Counted from the stretch's first letter, positions 10,170-18,788 are shown. The stretch is 64,000 bases of DNA from Bacteroidales bacterium (GCA_017632935.1 JAGBQJ010000013.1:5970-69969), one strand, 5' to 3'. A program made the numbers and translations. The notes: generated by a model not told the origin, from the letters alone.

Positions 10170-11390
10170 ATGGATATTCTGAACCTCATACGCATATCGG
10201 CAAAAGCCTTGTTACGTAACAAGACGCGTACGGCGCTCTCCATGCTCGGCATCGTGATTGGTATCGCCGCTGTCATCGCCGTGGTCAACTTGGGCGAAGG
10301 ACTGAAACAGGGCACAGCCGACCAACTCTCCGACATGGGTACCAACCTCATCATGGTGATGCGTGCCAACCAGAGGCGCGGCGGCGTCAGCATGGGTTCC
10401 GGCAATGTGCAGTCGCTCAAGGTGCACGACTGTGAGCTGATTGCTAAAAATGCCAAGAACGTCACTATGGTCAGCCCTGTGGTGAACAGCGGCGGCCAGT
10501 TGGTGAACGGCTCCAAAAACTGGTCGGGGACGGTCTATGGTGGCTCGCCCGATTACCTTGAAATCCGTAAATACGAAATCGCCACGGGTGTCAACTTCAC
10601 CGACGATGACGTGAAGAAATATGCCAAGGTCGGCTTGATAGGCCAGACCATCGTGAAAGAGCTGTTTGACGACGGCGAAGACCCCATTGGCAAGATTATC
10701 CGCGTGGGCAACATGCCGTTTAAGGTCATCGGCACGTTGAAGGAAAAAGGACAAAACGGCATGGGTATGGACCAGGATGACCTCGTGGTTATGCCTTATA
10801 GCACCGTGCAGAAGCGTATGTTGGGTCAGGACTTCATTCAGCAGATTGTGTGTTCGGCAGCTTCCGAGAGCGTGGCCGATGCCGCGGTGGAAGAGATAGA
10901 AAGTATCTTGAGGGTGTCGCATAAGATTCCCGAGGGGGGCGAAAATGACTTCGAGGTGCGTACCCAGCAAGAAATGCTCGAGATGATGTCGTCAATGACG
11001 GGCATGATTACTACGGTCTTGGTCGCCATCGCATTGATTTCATTGCTCGTGGGCTGTATCGGCATCATGAACATCATGTATGTCACCGTGACGGAACGCA
11101 CCAAGGAAATCGGTTTGCGTATGTCCATCGGAGCCAAGAACTCGGCCATCCTGATGCAGTTCCTCACCGAGAGTATCATTTTGAGTTTGATTGGTGGCGT
11201 CATTGGTTTGTTGTTGGGCATTGGACTGTCGTATATCGTGGCCATGGCCATGTCGATGCCGTTCATTGTCAACGTGCCGTGGATGTTCATTTCCTTTGTG
11301 TCCTGCGCCATCTTGGGCCTCATCTCGGGTTTCTTCCCCGCCTTGAAGGCCTCGCGCACCGACCCCATCAATGCTTTGCGATACGAATGA
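10170..11390 (+). CDS. ABC transporter permease (MacB/FtsX-like)
   Basis: The start is set at the ATG at 10170 (MDILNLIRISAKALLRNKTRT), 1 nt after the ATPase stop. It has a MacB periplasmic domain and a C-terminal FtsX TM bundle. Confidence 0.9.
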   Translation: MDILNLIRISAKALLRNKTRTALSMLGIVIGIAAVIAVVNLGEGLKQGTADQLSDMGTNLIMVMRANQRRGGVSMGSGNVQSLKVHDCELIAKNAKNVTMVSPVVNSGGQLVNGSKNWSGTVYGGSPDYLEIRKYEIATGVNFTDDDVKKYAKVGLIGQTIVKELFDDGEDPIGKIIRVGNMPFKVIGTLKEKGQNGMGMDQDDLVVMPYSTVQKRMLGQDFIQQIVCSAASESVADAAVEEIESILRVSHKIPEGGENDFEVRTQQEMLEMMSSMTGMITTVLVAIALISLLVGCIGIMNIMYVTVTERTKEIGLRMSIGAKNSAILMQFLTESIILSLIGGVIGLLLGIGLSYIVAMAMSMPFIVNVPWMFISFVSCAILGLISGFFPALKASRTDPINALRYE

Positions 11391-11405
11391 TTAATCATTT
11401 GTGTG

Positions 11406-12614
11406 ATGAATAAACCGACAATCAACACGGTCGACGATTACCTTTCGCTGAAACGGATTGTGATGTTGTCGTTGGCCATTACGATTGCCTATTATGCCCT
11501 GTTTGTGCTGAGTCATTATTTCGGTAGACCTTCTTTTGCCAGTTCGAGCGATCAGGAAGTGGTTGAGCCGGAGAAAGAGCATATTGTCGGGCCAAACGAA
11601 TATGCCTTTGGTGAGCTTCAAAAACAATGGCCAAGTCTCTTTTCGGCAGAGCGGTTTCAAGCGGGATACAGGTTTGTAAAGCCAAGATTTTCAACGATTT
11701 TACTGTTTAATGTTCCGTTCACCTTCCTGATGATCTTTTCTGTGTTTCTTTTGAACAGGAAGATTATGGGCAGGAGTTACAAGAGGAAACGGGATGAGTT
11801 GATGGTGAATATCGTTGGCTCATTGTTGCTTGCGGGCTTGTTGAGTTCGGCTTGTACGCTGGTGCAGTTGTATATCTGGCCATACGGTCCTGGTCCTCAG
11901 CGTTCGTTGATGGGCTATATCAGCCGTGGCATGTTGGGTGACTTCATGTTGGTGGCTATTGCGTTCGTTTTCAGTTATTTGCAGCGTTCCCTATATTATG
12001 AAAAGAGGATTGCCGTTGAGAACGAAACCCTTCGTGCCGAGAATCTCAACTCGCGTTACGAAGCTTTGAAAAACCAACTTGACCCGCATTTTCTTTTCAA
12101 TTCGTTGAACACCTTGCGCTCGCTGACCGAAGATGATACTGACAAAGCCGAGGATTTCATCCAGCAGTTGTCGGGTGTGTTGCGTTACACCTTGCAAAAC
12201 AAGGAAGTGGTGACTCTGGCCGAGGAGTTGGAATGCGTGCGTTCCTATTGTCTGATGATGAAGATGCGCTATGGCGACAACCTGGTTTTTGACCATGCCA
12301 TCGACCATGACACTTACGACCATTATTATGTCTTGCCGCTATCCATCCAAGGGCTAATCGAAAACGCCATCAAGCACAATGTCATCTCGTCGAAGCAGCA
12401 TTTGACGGTGCATATCCATACGGATGATGATAATCATTTGATAATCAGCAATAAGATTCAGCCAAAAATCGGCAAGGAAGAGGGGACAGGCATTGGTTTG
12501 GCCAATTTGGCGGAGCGGTATCGGATAAAATGGAATGAAAATGTTGAGATTTTTGACGATGGAACGAATTTTAGCGTAACTTTGCCTCTTAAACAAAACG
12601 GACAATCACTATGA
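11406..12614 (+). CDS. LytS/YehU-family sensor histidine kinase
   Basis: Membrane N-terminus, His_kinase motif LKNQLDPHFLFNSLNTLRSL, HATPase N-box ENAIKHN. Its stop overlaps the response regulator start (ATGA). Confidence 0.8.
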   Translation: MNKPTINTVDDYLSLKRIVMLSLAITIAYYALFVLSHYFGRPSFASSSDQEVVEPEKEHIVGPNEYAFGELQKQWPSLFSAERFQAGYRFVKPRFSTILLFNVPFTFLMIFSVFLLNRKIMGRSYKRKRDELMVNIVGSLLLAGLLSSACTLVQLYIWPYGPGPQRSLMGYISRGMLGDFMLVAIAFVFSYLQRSLYYEKRIAVENETLRAENLNSRYEALKNQLDPHFLFNSLNTLRSLTEDDTDKAEDFIQQLSGVLRYTLQNKEVVTLAEELECVRSYCLMMKMRYGDNLVFDHAIDHDTYDHYYVLPLSIQGLIENAIKHNVISSKQHLTVHIHTDDDNHLIISNKIQPKIGKEEGTGIGLANLAERYRIKWNENVEIFDDGTNFSVTLPLKQNGQSL

Positions 12615-13366
12615 AAGCACTGATTATTGAAGACGAAGCCATGGCTGCGAAGACGCTGAAGAAGCTTCTTGTTGAGGTCAGCCCAGGTATAGAAGTTGTT
12701 GGCGTACTTGAATCCATCGAGGATAGCGTGGATTGGATTTCGAGCCATTCCATGCCTGATTTGATGTTTATGGACATTCATTTGGCTGACGGCTCGTCGT
12801 TTGCCATCTTTGAGCGCGTCACCATCACTTGTCCGGTCATCTTCACTACGGCTTACGACGAATATGCGCTCAAGGCCTTTGAGGTGAACAGCATCGACTA
12901 TCTGCTGAAGCCCATCAGCAAGGAAGCTTTGGAGCGTGCCATAAACAAATACCATGCTTTGGTGGAGAAGCCCGTCGGCAACGATCAGATAGAAGCGCTT
13001 TTGACCCAGCTGAGCGAGAAAAAGAAATACAGAAACTATTTCTTGTTGCCCGAGCGCGACAAGTTTATCCCCTTGTCGGTCAGCAACATCGTCTACATTT
13101 ATATCGATGCCAAGACGCTGAAAATCAACACGACAGACGGGAAGGTGTTCTATATGAACCATACCTTGGACGATGTGATGAGCGAGCTCGACCCGCATGA
13201 GTTCTTCCGTGCCAACCGTCAGTTTGTCGTGGCGCGTCAGTCCATCAAGGACGTGTCGGTGTGGTTTGGCAACAAGTTGGCCATCAACCTCTTTGTCGAG
13301 ACGCCCGAGAAGATCATCGTCAGCAAGGCACGTGTGGCCGAGTTTAAGACTTGGTTTACGAAATAA
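12611..13366 (+). CDS. LytTR-family response regulator
   Basis: Receiver domain (LIIEDE, FMDIHLADG) plus a C-terminal LytTR DNA-binding domain. Confidence 0.9.
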   Translation: MKALIIEDEAMAAKTLKKLLVEVSPGIEVVGVLESIEDSVDWISSHSMPDLMFMDIHLADGSSFAIFERVTITCPVIFTTAYDEYALKAFEVNSIDYLLKPISKEALERAINKYHALVEKPVGNDQIEALLTQLSEKKKYRNYFLLPERDKFIPLSVSNIVYIYIDAKTLKINTTDGKVFYMNHTLDDVMSELDPHEFFRANRQFVVARQSIKDVSVWFGNKLAINLFVETPEKIIVSKARVAEFKTWFTK

Positions 13367-13443
13367 ATTGTTGATTTCCAAATAGTTAAAATAACTATAG
13401 AAATTTTTTCGACAAAAAGCATTGTGGGAACGAAAAAAGATTG

Positions 13444-13451
13444 TACTTTTG
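13444..13451 (+). promoter_or_regulatory. -7 box (TACTTTTG) for tRNA-Lys
   Basis: Matches TAnnTTTG, 16 nt upstream of the tRNA 5' end. Confidence 0.5.
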
Positions 13452-13466
13452 CACCCACAAAACGAT

Positions 13467-13539
13467 GCTTCCGTAGCTCAGTTGGTAGAGCACCTGACTC
13501 TTAATCAGGGTGTCCAGGGTTCGACCCCCTGCGGGAGTA
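13467..13539 (+). tRNA. tRNA-Lys (anticodon CTT)
   Basis: Hand-folded cloverleaf. Acceptor GCTTCCG/CGGGAGT (two G-U pairs); D arm GCTC-AGTTGGTA-GAGC; anticodon arm CCTGA-CTCTTAA-TCAGG; T arm CAGGG-TTCGACC-CCCTG; discriminator A. CCA is not encoded. Confidence 0.85.
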
Positions 13540-13546
13540 CTTCAAA
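13527..13546. repeat. attL: 20-bp direct repeat (tRNA 3' end plus 7 nt)
   Basis: CCCTGCGGGAGTACTTCAAA is identical to 37211-37230. Confidence 0.75.
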
Positions 13547-13552
13547 TCAGCA

Positions 13553-13588
13553 AACCCTAATTGATAATCAATCAGTTAGGGTTTTTTC
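13553..13588 (+). terminator. Hairpin plus T-run after the tRNA (element-encoded side of attL)
   Basis: AACCCTAA ... TTAGGGTT 8-bp stem followed by TTTTT. Confidence 0.5.
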
Positions 13589-13764
13589 ATATCTATTTCT
13601 GGCGTGTTTTTGGCGTGATAGCACAAAAAAACACCCTGAAACGGCTTGCTTCAGGGTGCAGTTGCAATTCAATTTCCTATGTGGAAATCTGTTGCAAAGG
13701 TAACACTTTTTCAGATACTTACAACTATACTCCCATTCTTTTTTTGAGTACGGTGTCTGACTGG

Positions 13765-13831
13765 CTGACGAAGGCTGCGGCTATAAAGCTTCCACCAAAA
13801 GGCGACAACCCCACTCCGCAGCCTTTGGCAG
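13765..13831. repeat. Long hairpin repeat, copy 1
   Basis: Arms CTGACGAAGGCTGCGG and CCGCAGCCTTTGGCAG (imperfect), ~35-nt loop. It is a paralog of the 13938-14004 element. Confidence 0.6.
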
Positions 13832-13937
13832 ACAGGCAGCCCTCCGAATCCCTTTAACTGCTAGAACGGAGATTGCGGATTTTGAGCGTGAATGAGAAAC
13901 AAGAGCGGGGAAACGCAAACCCACTTTTAGCCGAGGG

Positions 13938-14004
13938 CTGACAAAGGTTGCGGCTAATAAGCTCCCTAAAAGATGCGAAATCTGACCTCCGCAACCTTTG
14001 TCAG
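13938..14004. repeat. Long hairpin repeat, copy 2
   Basis: Perfect 16-bp arms CTGACAAAGGTTGCGG and CCGCAACCTTTGTCAG. Relative to copy 1 the stem carries a paired change (C-G to T-A). Confidence 0.6.
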
Positions 14005-14062
14005 ACATCGGATTAACAATAACACTACAATTGAACGAGAGGGCGTATTTCGCGCCCTACGA

Positions 14063-14093
14063 CAAAAAAGAAAGGCACCCATCAGGATGCCTT
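14063..14093 (-). terminator. Rho-independent terminator after the three-paralog operon
   Basis: On the minus strand: AAGGCATCC-TGAT-GGGTGCCTT followed by TCTTTTTTG, ~35 nt after the stop at 14126. Confidence 0.6.
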
Positions 14094-14125
14094 CGTGATT
14101 GCTGCCGTTGTCTGTTCGTAGGGCG

Positions 14126-14812
14126 TTACGCCTTGTTGATTTTGCGACCGACCTTTTCGGCTCTTGTCTTGATGATGAACGAGCCGAAGCCACGGAGATA
14201 GACATTCTCTCCCTTGGCGGCATAAGTCAAGTAGAAGCGAACGGCATCGCCGACTTCTGCCCAACTGCCAACAGGAACGGACACACCCATAGACGGGTCG
14301 GTTTCTTCGGTGTTGAAGATGCCGATTTTTTTCTGGGTGAGGTTGTAGGCCACGACGATGAAGTTGGCTTCGGCTGGCTTGTCGATCTGCTCTGCTGCGG
14401 CAGGCTCAGCGTAGAAGTCCTTCACATCGTTGGTGAGAGTGACCACGCTTTCGAGCATAGGTGATTCGATGCGCTCACCGCTGCCGATGCCTTCCATCAG
14501 GGAGAGGTCAACCGTCTTGACATCATCCACAATGGCGGCGGCAGCTGCCAATTGATGGACAAGCATGTTGCGACGGGTTCTGCCACTGGTGACGGATGGA
14601 TAGAGCGAGGCAAGCTGCTCAGTGGTCAACTGCCCAGCAAGCCCCTGAATCTCTCTGAAGTAGTTGCGCTGCGCCATCTGTGCAGCGGTCTTGGGGTCTT
14701 TCTGCGATTGTGGAAGGCCTTTCATGTAGGCGATGCCATTCCACGAGGCACCAATAACGGTACCAACTTTTCCCTTGAATCCGCCTAAGATTCCTTGCTT
14801 TATTTTGCCCAT
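14126..14812 (-). CDS. Hypothetical protein, paralog 3 of a tandem triplet (family not recognised with certainty)
   Basis: 228 aa. The N-terminus MGKIKQGILGGFKGKVGTVIGASWNGIAYMKGLPQSQK is shared with the two upstream genes. Confidence 0.7.
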   Translation of the reverse strand: MGKIKQGILGGFKGKVGTVIGASWNGIAYMKGLPQSQKDPKTAAQMAQRNYFREIQGLAGQLTTEQLASLYPSVTSGRTRRNMLVHQLAAAAAIVDDVKTVDLSLMEGIGSGERIESPMLESVVTLTNDVKDFYAEPAAAEQIDKPAEANFIVVAYNLTQKKIGIFNTEETDPSMGVSVPVGSWAEVGDAVRFYLTYAAKGENVYLRGFGSFIIKTRAEKVGRKINKA

Positions 14813-14836
14813 GGTTATAGTGTATTTAGGTTAGTA

Positions 14837-15595
14837 TTACGGTTGCTTATTTTGTATAGTTGGTAGGGACTTGGTAGGGAGCGGGTCAGTACCTGATTCG
14901 GGTTGTTTTTCCACTCCCATGTCCTTTTTCTTTTTGAGTGGCCGAGCGGGTCGATTGATGACACCCAAGGTGCCAAATCCGACCTTTGAGCGGTTTTGAC
15001 TGGTGACAAACATGAATCCTGAGAACTCGTCGCGGGGATTGCCGTAAGGCTTCACATTGACTTCGAAGGATTGTTTGCCAGTGCTTTTCAGCGTCACTGG
15101 AGAAGCGATGAGAAACAGCTTCTGCTGCGTGATGTTGGCAACCAAGATGACAGGATAGTCGTCTGGGTGCTGGTCGCGGTAGTAGGTCACGGCCTCCCAA
15201 GAGATTTGGAGGTCGGAACGATTGGCATTGACCGAGACCGCCGGAAGGTCGGTCGTCGGGGAATTGCCGAGAGTGGTCAGGTTGTCGAGGTCGACGGTTC
15301 TGGTCTTGTCGATGACAGCCGCATAGGAAGCCAATTGCTGAACGAGCAGATTCCTGCGAGTCATGCCCTTGGGCTTCTTTGGGTAGATGAATTCCAAATC
15401 CTCGTTGGAGAGGGACATCGAGAGAGAGACCAACTCTTTGAAATAGCCTTGCTGCATCTTCTGGTTGCCTGACCTGCTCTTCTTGTAGGACTGAGGCAAA
15501 CCTTTCATATAGAAGATGCCATTCCAACAGGAGCCGACCACAGTGCCGACTTTGCCACTAAATCCACCGAGGATGCCTTGTTTTATTTTGCCCAT
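14837..15595 (-). CDS. Hypothetical protein, paralog 2 of the tandem triplet (with an extra basic C-terminal tail)
   Basis: 252 aa. N-terminus MGKIKQGILGGFSGKVGTVVGSCWNGIFYMKGLPQSYK. The C-terminal ~40 aa are K/P-rich. Confidence 0.7.
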   Translation of the reverse strand: MGKIKQGILGGFSGKVGTVVGSCWNGIFYMKGLPQSYKKSRSGNQKMQQGYFKELVSLSMSLSNEDLEFIYPKKPKGMTRRNLLVQQLASYAAVIDKTRTVDLDNLTTLGNSPTTDLPAVSVNANRSDLQISWEAVTYYRDQHPDDYPVILVANITQQKLFLIASPVTLKSTGKQSFEVNVKPYGNPRDEFSGFMFVTSQNRSKVGFGTLGVINRPARPLKKKKDMGVEKQPESGTDPLPTKSLPTIQNKQP

Positions 15596-15670
15596 TGTGT
15601 TTCGATTTTGGTGTTTTCAAAAAAAAGCCGCCCGACTGGACGGCTTTTCAACATTCGACCCGATAAGCGA

Positions 15671-16342
15671 TTAGTCGCGCTTCTTGGGTTTGGCAGGACG
15701 CTTGGTGACGGCCATCGTGCCAAAACCAACGAGAGCAATCTTGGAGCCAGTGGCGAGCATGAAGCCGCTGAAAGTGTCTTCGGCTTCGCCGTAGGCGGCC
15801 AGACCGACATTGAACGACTGGGAACCAGTCGTGCCGATGGTGGCGGTGGAAGGCACCAGATAGACTTTCTTCTTGGTGACGTTGGCCACGAAGATGACGG
15901 GGTACTCCTCGCCGTGCTCAGCACGGAAGGCGTTGGCACCCTCCCAAGAAATGGTCAGGTTTTCGCCAGCAGCGGCGATGGTAACCTCTGGCAGGTCATC
16001 CGTCGGCGCGTTGCCGAGGGAGTTGATGTTGCCCAAGTCGACGCTCTTGGTGTCGCCATCGACGGTGGCGACAGCGGTGAGTTGCTTGACGAGGACGTTG
16101 TGACGGGTCATGCCGCTGATAGCCTCAGGGAACAAGAATTTCATCTGTTCGTCCGAGAACTGGGCGGCGATGTCCAGAACTTCCCTGAAGAAGCCGCGTT
16201 GCTTGGTCTGTGCTGCGGTCTTCGGGTTCTTGTGGGACTGGGCGAGGCCACGCATGTAGCTGATGCCGTTCCACGATGCACCGATGACGGTGCCAACCTT
16301 ACCTCTGAATCCTCCGAGGATTCCTTGCTTAATCTTTCCCAT
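15671..16342 (-). CDS. Hypothetical protein, paralog 1 of the tandem triplet
   Basis: 223 aa. N-terminus MGKIKQGILGGFRGKVGTVIGASWNGISYMRGLAQSHK. Confidence 0.7.
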   Translation of the reverse strand: MGKIKQGILGGFRGKVGTVIGASWNGISYMRGLAQSHKNPKTAAQTKQRGFFREVLDIAAQFSDEQMKFLFPEAISGMTRHNVLVKQLTAVATVDGDTKSVDLGNINSLGNAPTDDLPEVTIAAAGENLTISWEGANAFRAEHGEEYPVIFVANVTKKKVYLVPSTATIGTTGSQSFNVGLAAYGEAEDTFSGFMLATGSKIALVGFGTMAVTKRPAKPKKRD

Positions 16343-16391
16343 TGTTCTTATCTTTTTAGGGGTTAGTAATTTTGGTTAGCTATCTTTTTCG

Positions 16392-16399
16392 CAAATGTA
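16392..16399 (-). promoter_or_regulatory. -7 box (TACATTTG) for the paralog operon
   Basis: The reverse complement of caaatgta matches TAnnTTTG, ~50 nt upstream of the ATG at 16342. Confidence 0.5.
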
Positions 16400-16559
16400 T
16401 AATCTTTTTATTTACAGTAGGTTATACTGGTATTGCTTGCATTCTTTTGCGCTGGTTTGCGTAGTTTGGAGTGAAAAAAGATATTACTACACTCAAAAGA
16501 AATGAGACGATTGCGCCTTTGGACAAAAACGAGGTGGTTAAAAAAGCAAGTTCCCTAAC

Positions 16560-17690
16560 GGCAAACGGAGACCCGCGTTAGAGGGGCGTAGTTTATTTAG
16601 GGGCTTGGCTTTTTTAAGCACCGTACCCATAGAATGAGACATTAAGCGTTTACGACAAACCACTTTTCCAAATTCAGGGTGGCGGTGGGGACGATGGTGG
16701 TACGGAGCGGAGCTTTGCGGAGCGACACTTTTCCGAATACTCTACTTAGGGTGGTAGGTGGGGTAAGTGGTGGCACTTAGGAGCGAAGCGACTGCCCTTC
16801 TTTCCAAATTGTCAAAATAGGGTGGTTGGAGGGGTACGAGGTGGTACAGGAGCGGAGTTTACGAAGCGACTGTGCTTTCCAAATGCTCAAATAAGGGTGG
16901 TAGGTGGGGTTTGATGGTGGTTGGCCAGAGCGGAGCTTTAGCGGAGCGACCTGACCTGAACTTTGGGGTGGTGGCCGGGGGTGACGGCGGCACGGATGTG
17001 CGTTGGCTCAGCAGGTAAGGGGGAAAAGCGCCTGCGGCTAAGGGGCGGTGACACTCACGCAAGAATGAGAAAACCGAGCCTAAACGACTATACGAGAGTG
17101 GGATACCCTGCGCCCCGTTCGCGCCAGCGCGGCCGACCCGCCCGACAGGAGTCCGCGCACGGTTTCAATCCGAAACGGCGGCGGGCGTGCCTTTTGCGGC
17201 GGCGACCCCGAAGAGGCAGGCACCAGTATGGTCATTGCGGGCTGAGGTGGCAACGATGAGGGGACGAAACAAGATGCGCTTTAGCGCACCACAAAGGGAA
17301 CCGCCGGGCGGACGCGCAAGCAGGGGCGCAAAACAAAAGGGGCGCGGCGACCCCCGCTAATAAGTTGCGAGGTACGAGAACCGCTTGGGGGTACGGGGGG
17401 CGACAAGAAAGCCCCGAGCGAGCAAGGAGCCACGAAAGCGGTTGGCCTTGGAGCCGCAAACGCTCGCTGGAGCCGCGCCAGTGGAGCGCAGCGGAACGAG
17501 TGTCGCGGGACAGCGAAGAGCAGCGGCGGTGTTGCGCAAGGGCGGCAACCTGAAAAAGCGCACGACGTAGGAGCTCAGCATTTTTTCAGATTGACGCTCG
17601 TTATACCCTTGCGCACACCAAGGCAACCGCAAGAAGCGGCGACGAAGGGAACACCGATTTCCCCCTCCTGCTGAATTAGGTAGGTTGAGC
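16560..17690. other. ORF-free, G-rich (plus strand) non-coding block A; candidate structured RNA or repeat region
   Basis: Only short Arg/Ala/Gly/Pro-rich ORFs occur in all six frames. It is clearly GC-richer than the flanking genes and has many local GC hairpins (e.g. GTTGCgcaagggcgGCAAC, GCGCtttaGCGC). Confidence 0.5.
16663..16950. repeat. Four degenerate tandem repeats of 64-80 nt, plus a decayed fifth up to ~17010
   Basis: Unit: CTTTCCAAAT-n-AGGGTGGTAGGTGGGG-n-GGTGG-n-GGAGCGGAGCTTTRCGGAGCGAC. Unit ends are at 16726, 16792, 16870 and 16950. Confidence 0.65.
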
Positions 17691-17759
17691 GTTGGGATGA
17701 TGTGTCGTTTTTTACGTTTGTTTCGTTCTATCGTCCTTACGTCATACGTGCTTTCGACA

Positions 17760-18725
17760 CTATTTCAACCATTTTCTGTACTTGATCCAGACACGGAGCC
17801 AGATGCGGGCGATAGAGTCGATGGCATCACCAAATATCATCTTGCTGTATTTGTCGAAGTTTTGACCCCACTCGGTCTGCTCCATGAACTCTTGCATGGG
17901 CTGGGTGTTTTGGAAGGTCTCAGGAATGAGGTAGTATGAAAACAAGTAGGAGTATTGCGAAACGGCACTCATGAAATCCCATGTGTTGTCGTTATCGCCT
18001 CCCCAACCATGGGTGTATTTGCGCGTGGCCACATCGTTCTCAACATCCAAAATGAAGGGTGTAGGTTTGAGTGGCAAGGGATAACCGTCTGGATCGTAGA
18101 AGAAGCGGTTGTTGTCCTTGTCAATCTTGTAGGACTTGTTGACCTGGTCTTCCCATTTCTTCTCGATGGCTCCGTGAATGCCTTTCTCATCGGAGAATGG
18201 ACGACTGTCGCAATGCAGCGGCATGTGACAGTCGGCTATGTAGTGACTGAGGATGAAGAAACGCATGGCGATGTGGTTTCCCGTGGTAGCGATTGGACAT
18301 CCTCTGTCCTCACGGTGCAGCATCTTGAAGTTGTCGACGATGCTGTGGGATATGGACTCACATCGGTCGGCGCAGTTGCCAGCAACGCATTTGTAGGGCT
18401 TGTTGTACAACGGTGACGATTTCCGCATCAATTCATAGATGCTGTGGGTGGTAGGTAGTTTGTCGAAGGTGGTATAAGGACCGTCTTCAGTGGGCTGGTA
18501 TTTGACGATGTGGCTGGTGGACATGTCCTTGAACACCTCATCAGGGTACCAGGCACCTTGTATGACGAAGTCACGGTAGTTCTTGAACCATCTGACAAGG
18601 GCTTTTGCTTCCTTGCGGACGTCTTCGCTGACACCTTTGACAACGGCTTCGTTGTCGGTGGTGGCGATGACTTCCAATCTTTTTATGGCCATAAAGGCTA
18701 TCCATGCGTGGGAGTATTTTTTCAT
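17760..18725 (-). CDS. S1/P1 nuclease-like / zinc-dependent phospholipase C superfamily protein (putative)
   Basis: The start is set at Met 18725 (MKKYSHAWIAF) because a promoter box and a terminator occupy 18747-18788. The motif LSHYIADCHMPLHCD resembles the H-x-x-x-D-x-H-x-P-L-H metal site of S1/P1 nucleases. Confidence 0.55.
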   Translation of the reverse strand: MKKYSHAWIAFMAIKRLEVIATTDNEAVVKGVSEDVRKEAKALVRWFKNYRDFVIQGAWYPDEVFKDMSTSHIVKYQPTEDGPYTTFDKLPTTHSIYELMRKSSPLYNKPYKCVAGNCADRCESISHSIVDNFKMLHREDRGCPIATTGNHIAMRFFILSHYIADCHMPLHCDSRPFSDEKGIHGAIEKKWEDQVNKSYKIDKDNNRFFYDPDGYPLPLKPTPFILDVENDVATRKYTHGWGGDNDNTWDFMSAVSQYSYLFSYYLIPETFQNTQPMQEFMEQTEWGQNFDKYSKMIFGDAIDSIARIWLRVWIKYRKWLK

Positions 18726-18746
18726 AGTGTTGGCGTTTTGAGGCTT

Positions 18747-18754
18747 CAAAGATA
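18747..18754 (-). promoter_or_regulatory. -7 box (TATCTTTG) for the S1/P1-like gene
   Basis: The reverse complement of caaagata, 22 nt upstream of the ATG at 18725. Confidence 0.5.
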
Positions 18755-18757
18755 GTG

Positions 18758-18788
18758 AAAAAAATAGATTGCGGGTCAAGCCCGCAAT
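18758..18788 (-). terminator. Rho-independent terminator on the minus strand at the low-coordinate end of GC-rich block B
   Basis: Minus strand: ATTGCGGG-CTTGA-CCCGCAAT, then CTA, then TTTTTTT. There is no T-run on the plus-strand side. Confidence 0.6.

Noticed and set aside
12458-13381. 307-aa minus-strand ORF
   Set aside because: It is antisense to the LytTR response regulator and the end of the histidine kinase.
14886-16366. Alternative-frame or antisense ORFs (213 aa minus, 262 aa plus, 118 aa minus) over the paralog genes
   Set aside because: They overlap the three paralogs, whose mutual conservation identifies the true frame. The alternatives are Arg/Gly/Pro-rich.
16663-17010. Tandem repeats as a CRISPR array
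   Set aside because: The repeats are 64-80 nt, contiguous and degenerate. They are not 28-37-nt exact repeats separated by unique spacers, and there are no cas genes in the window.
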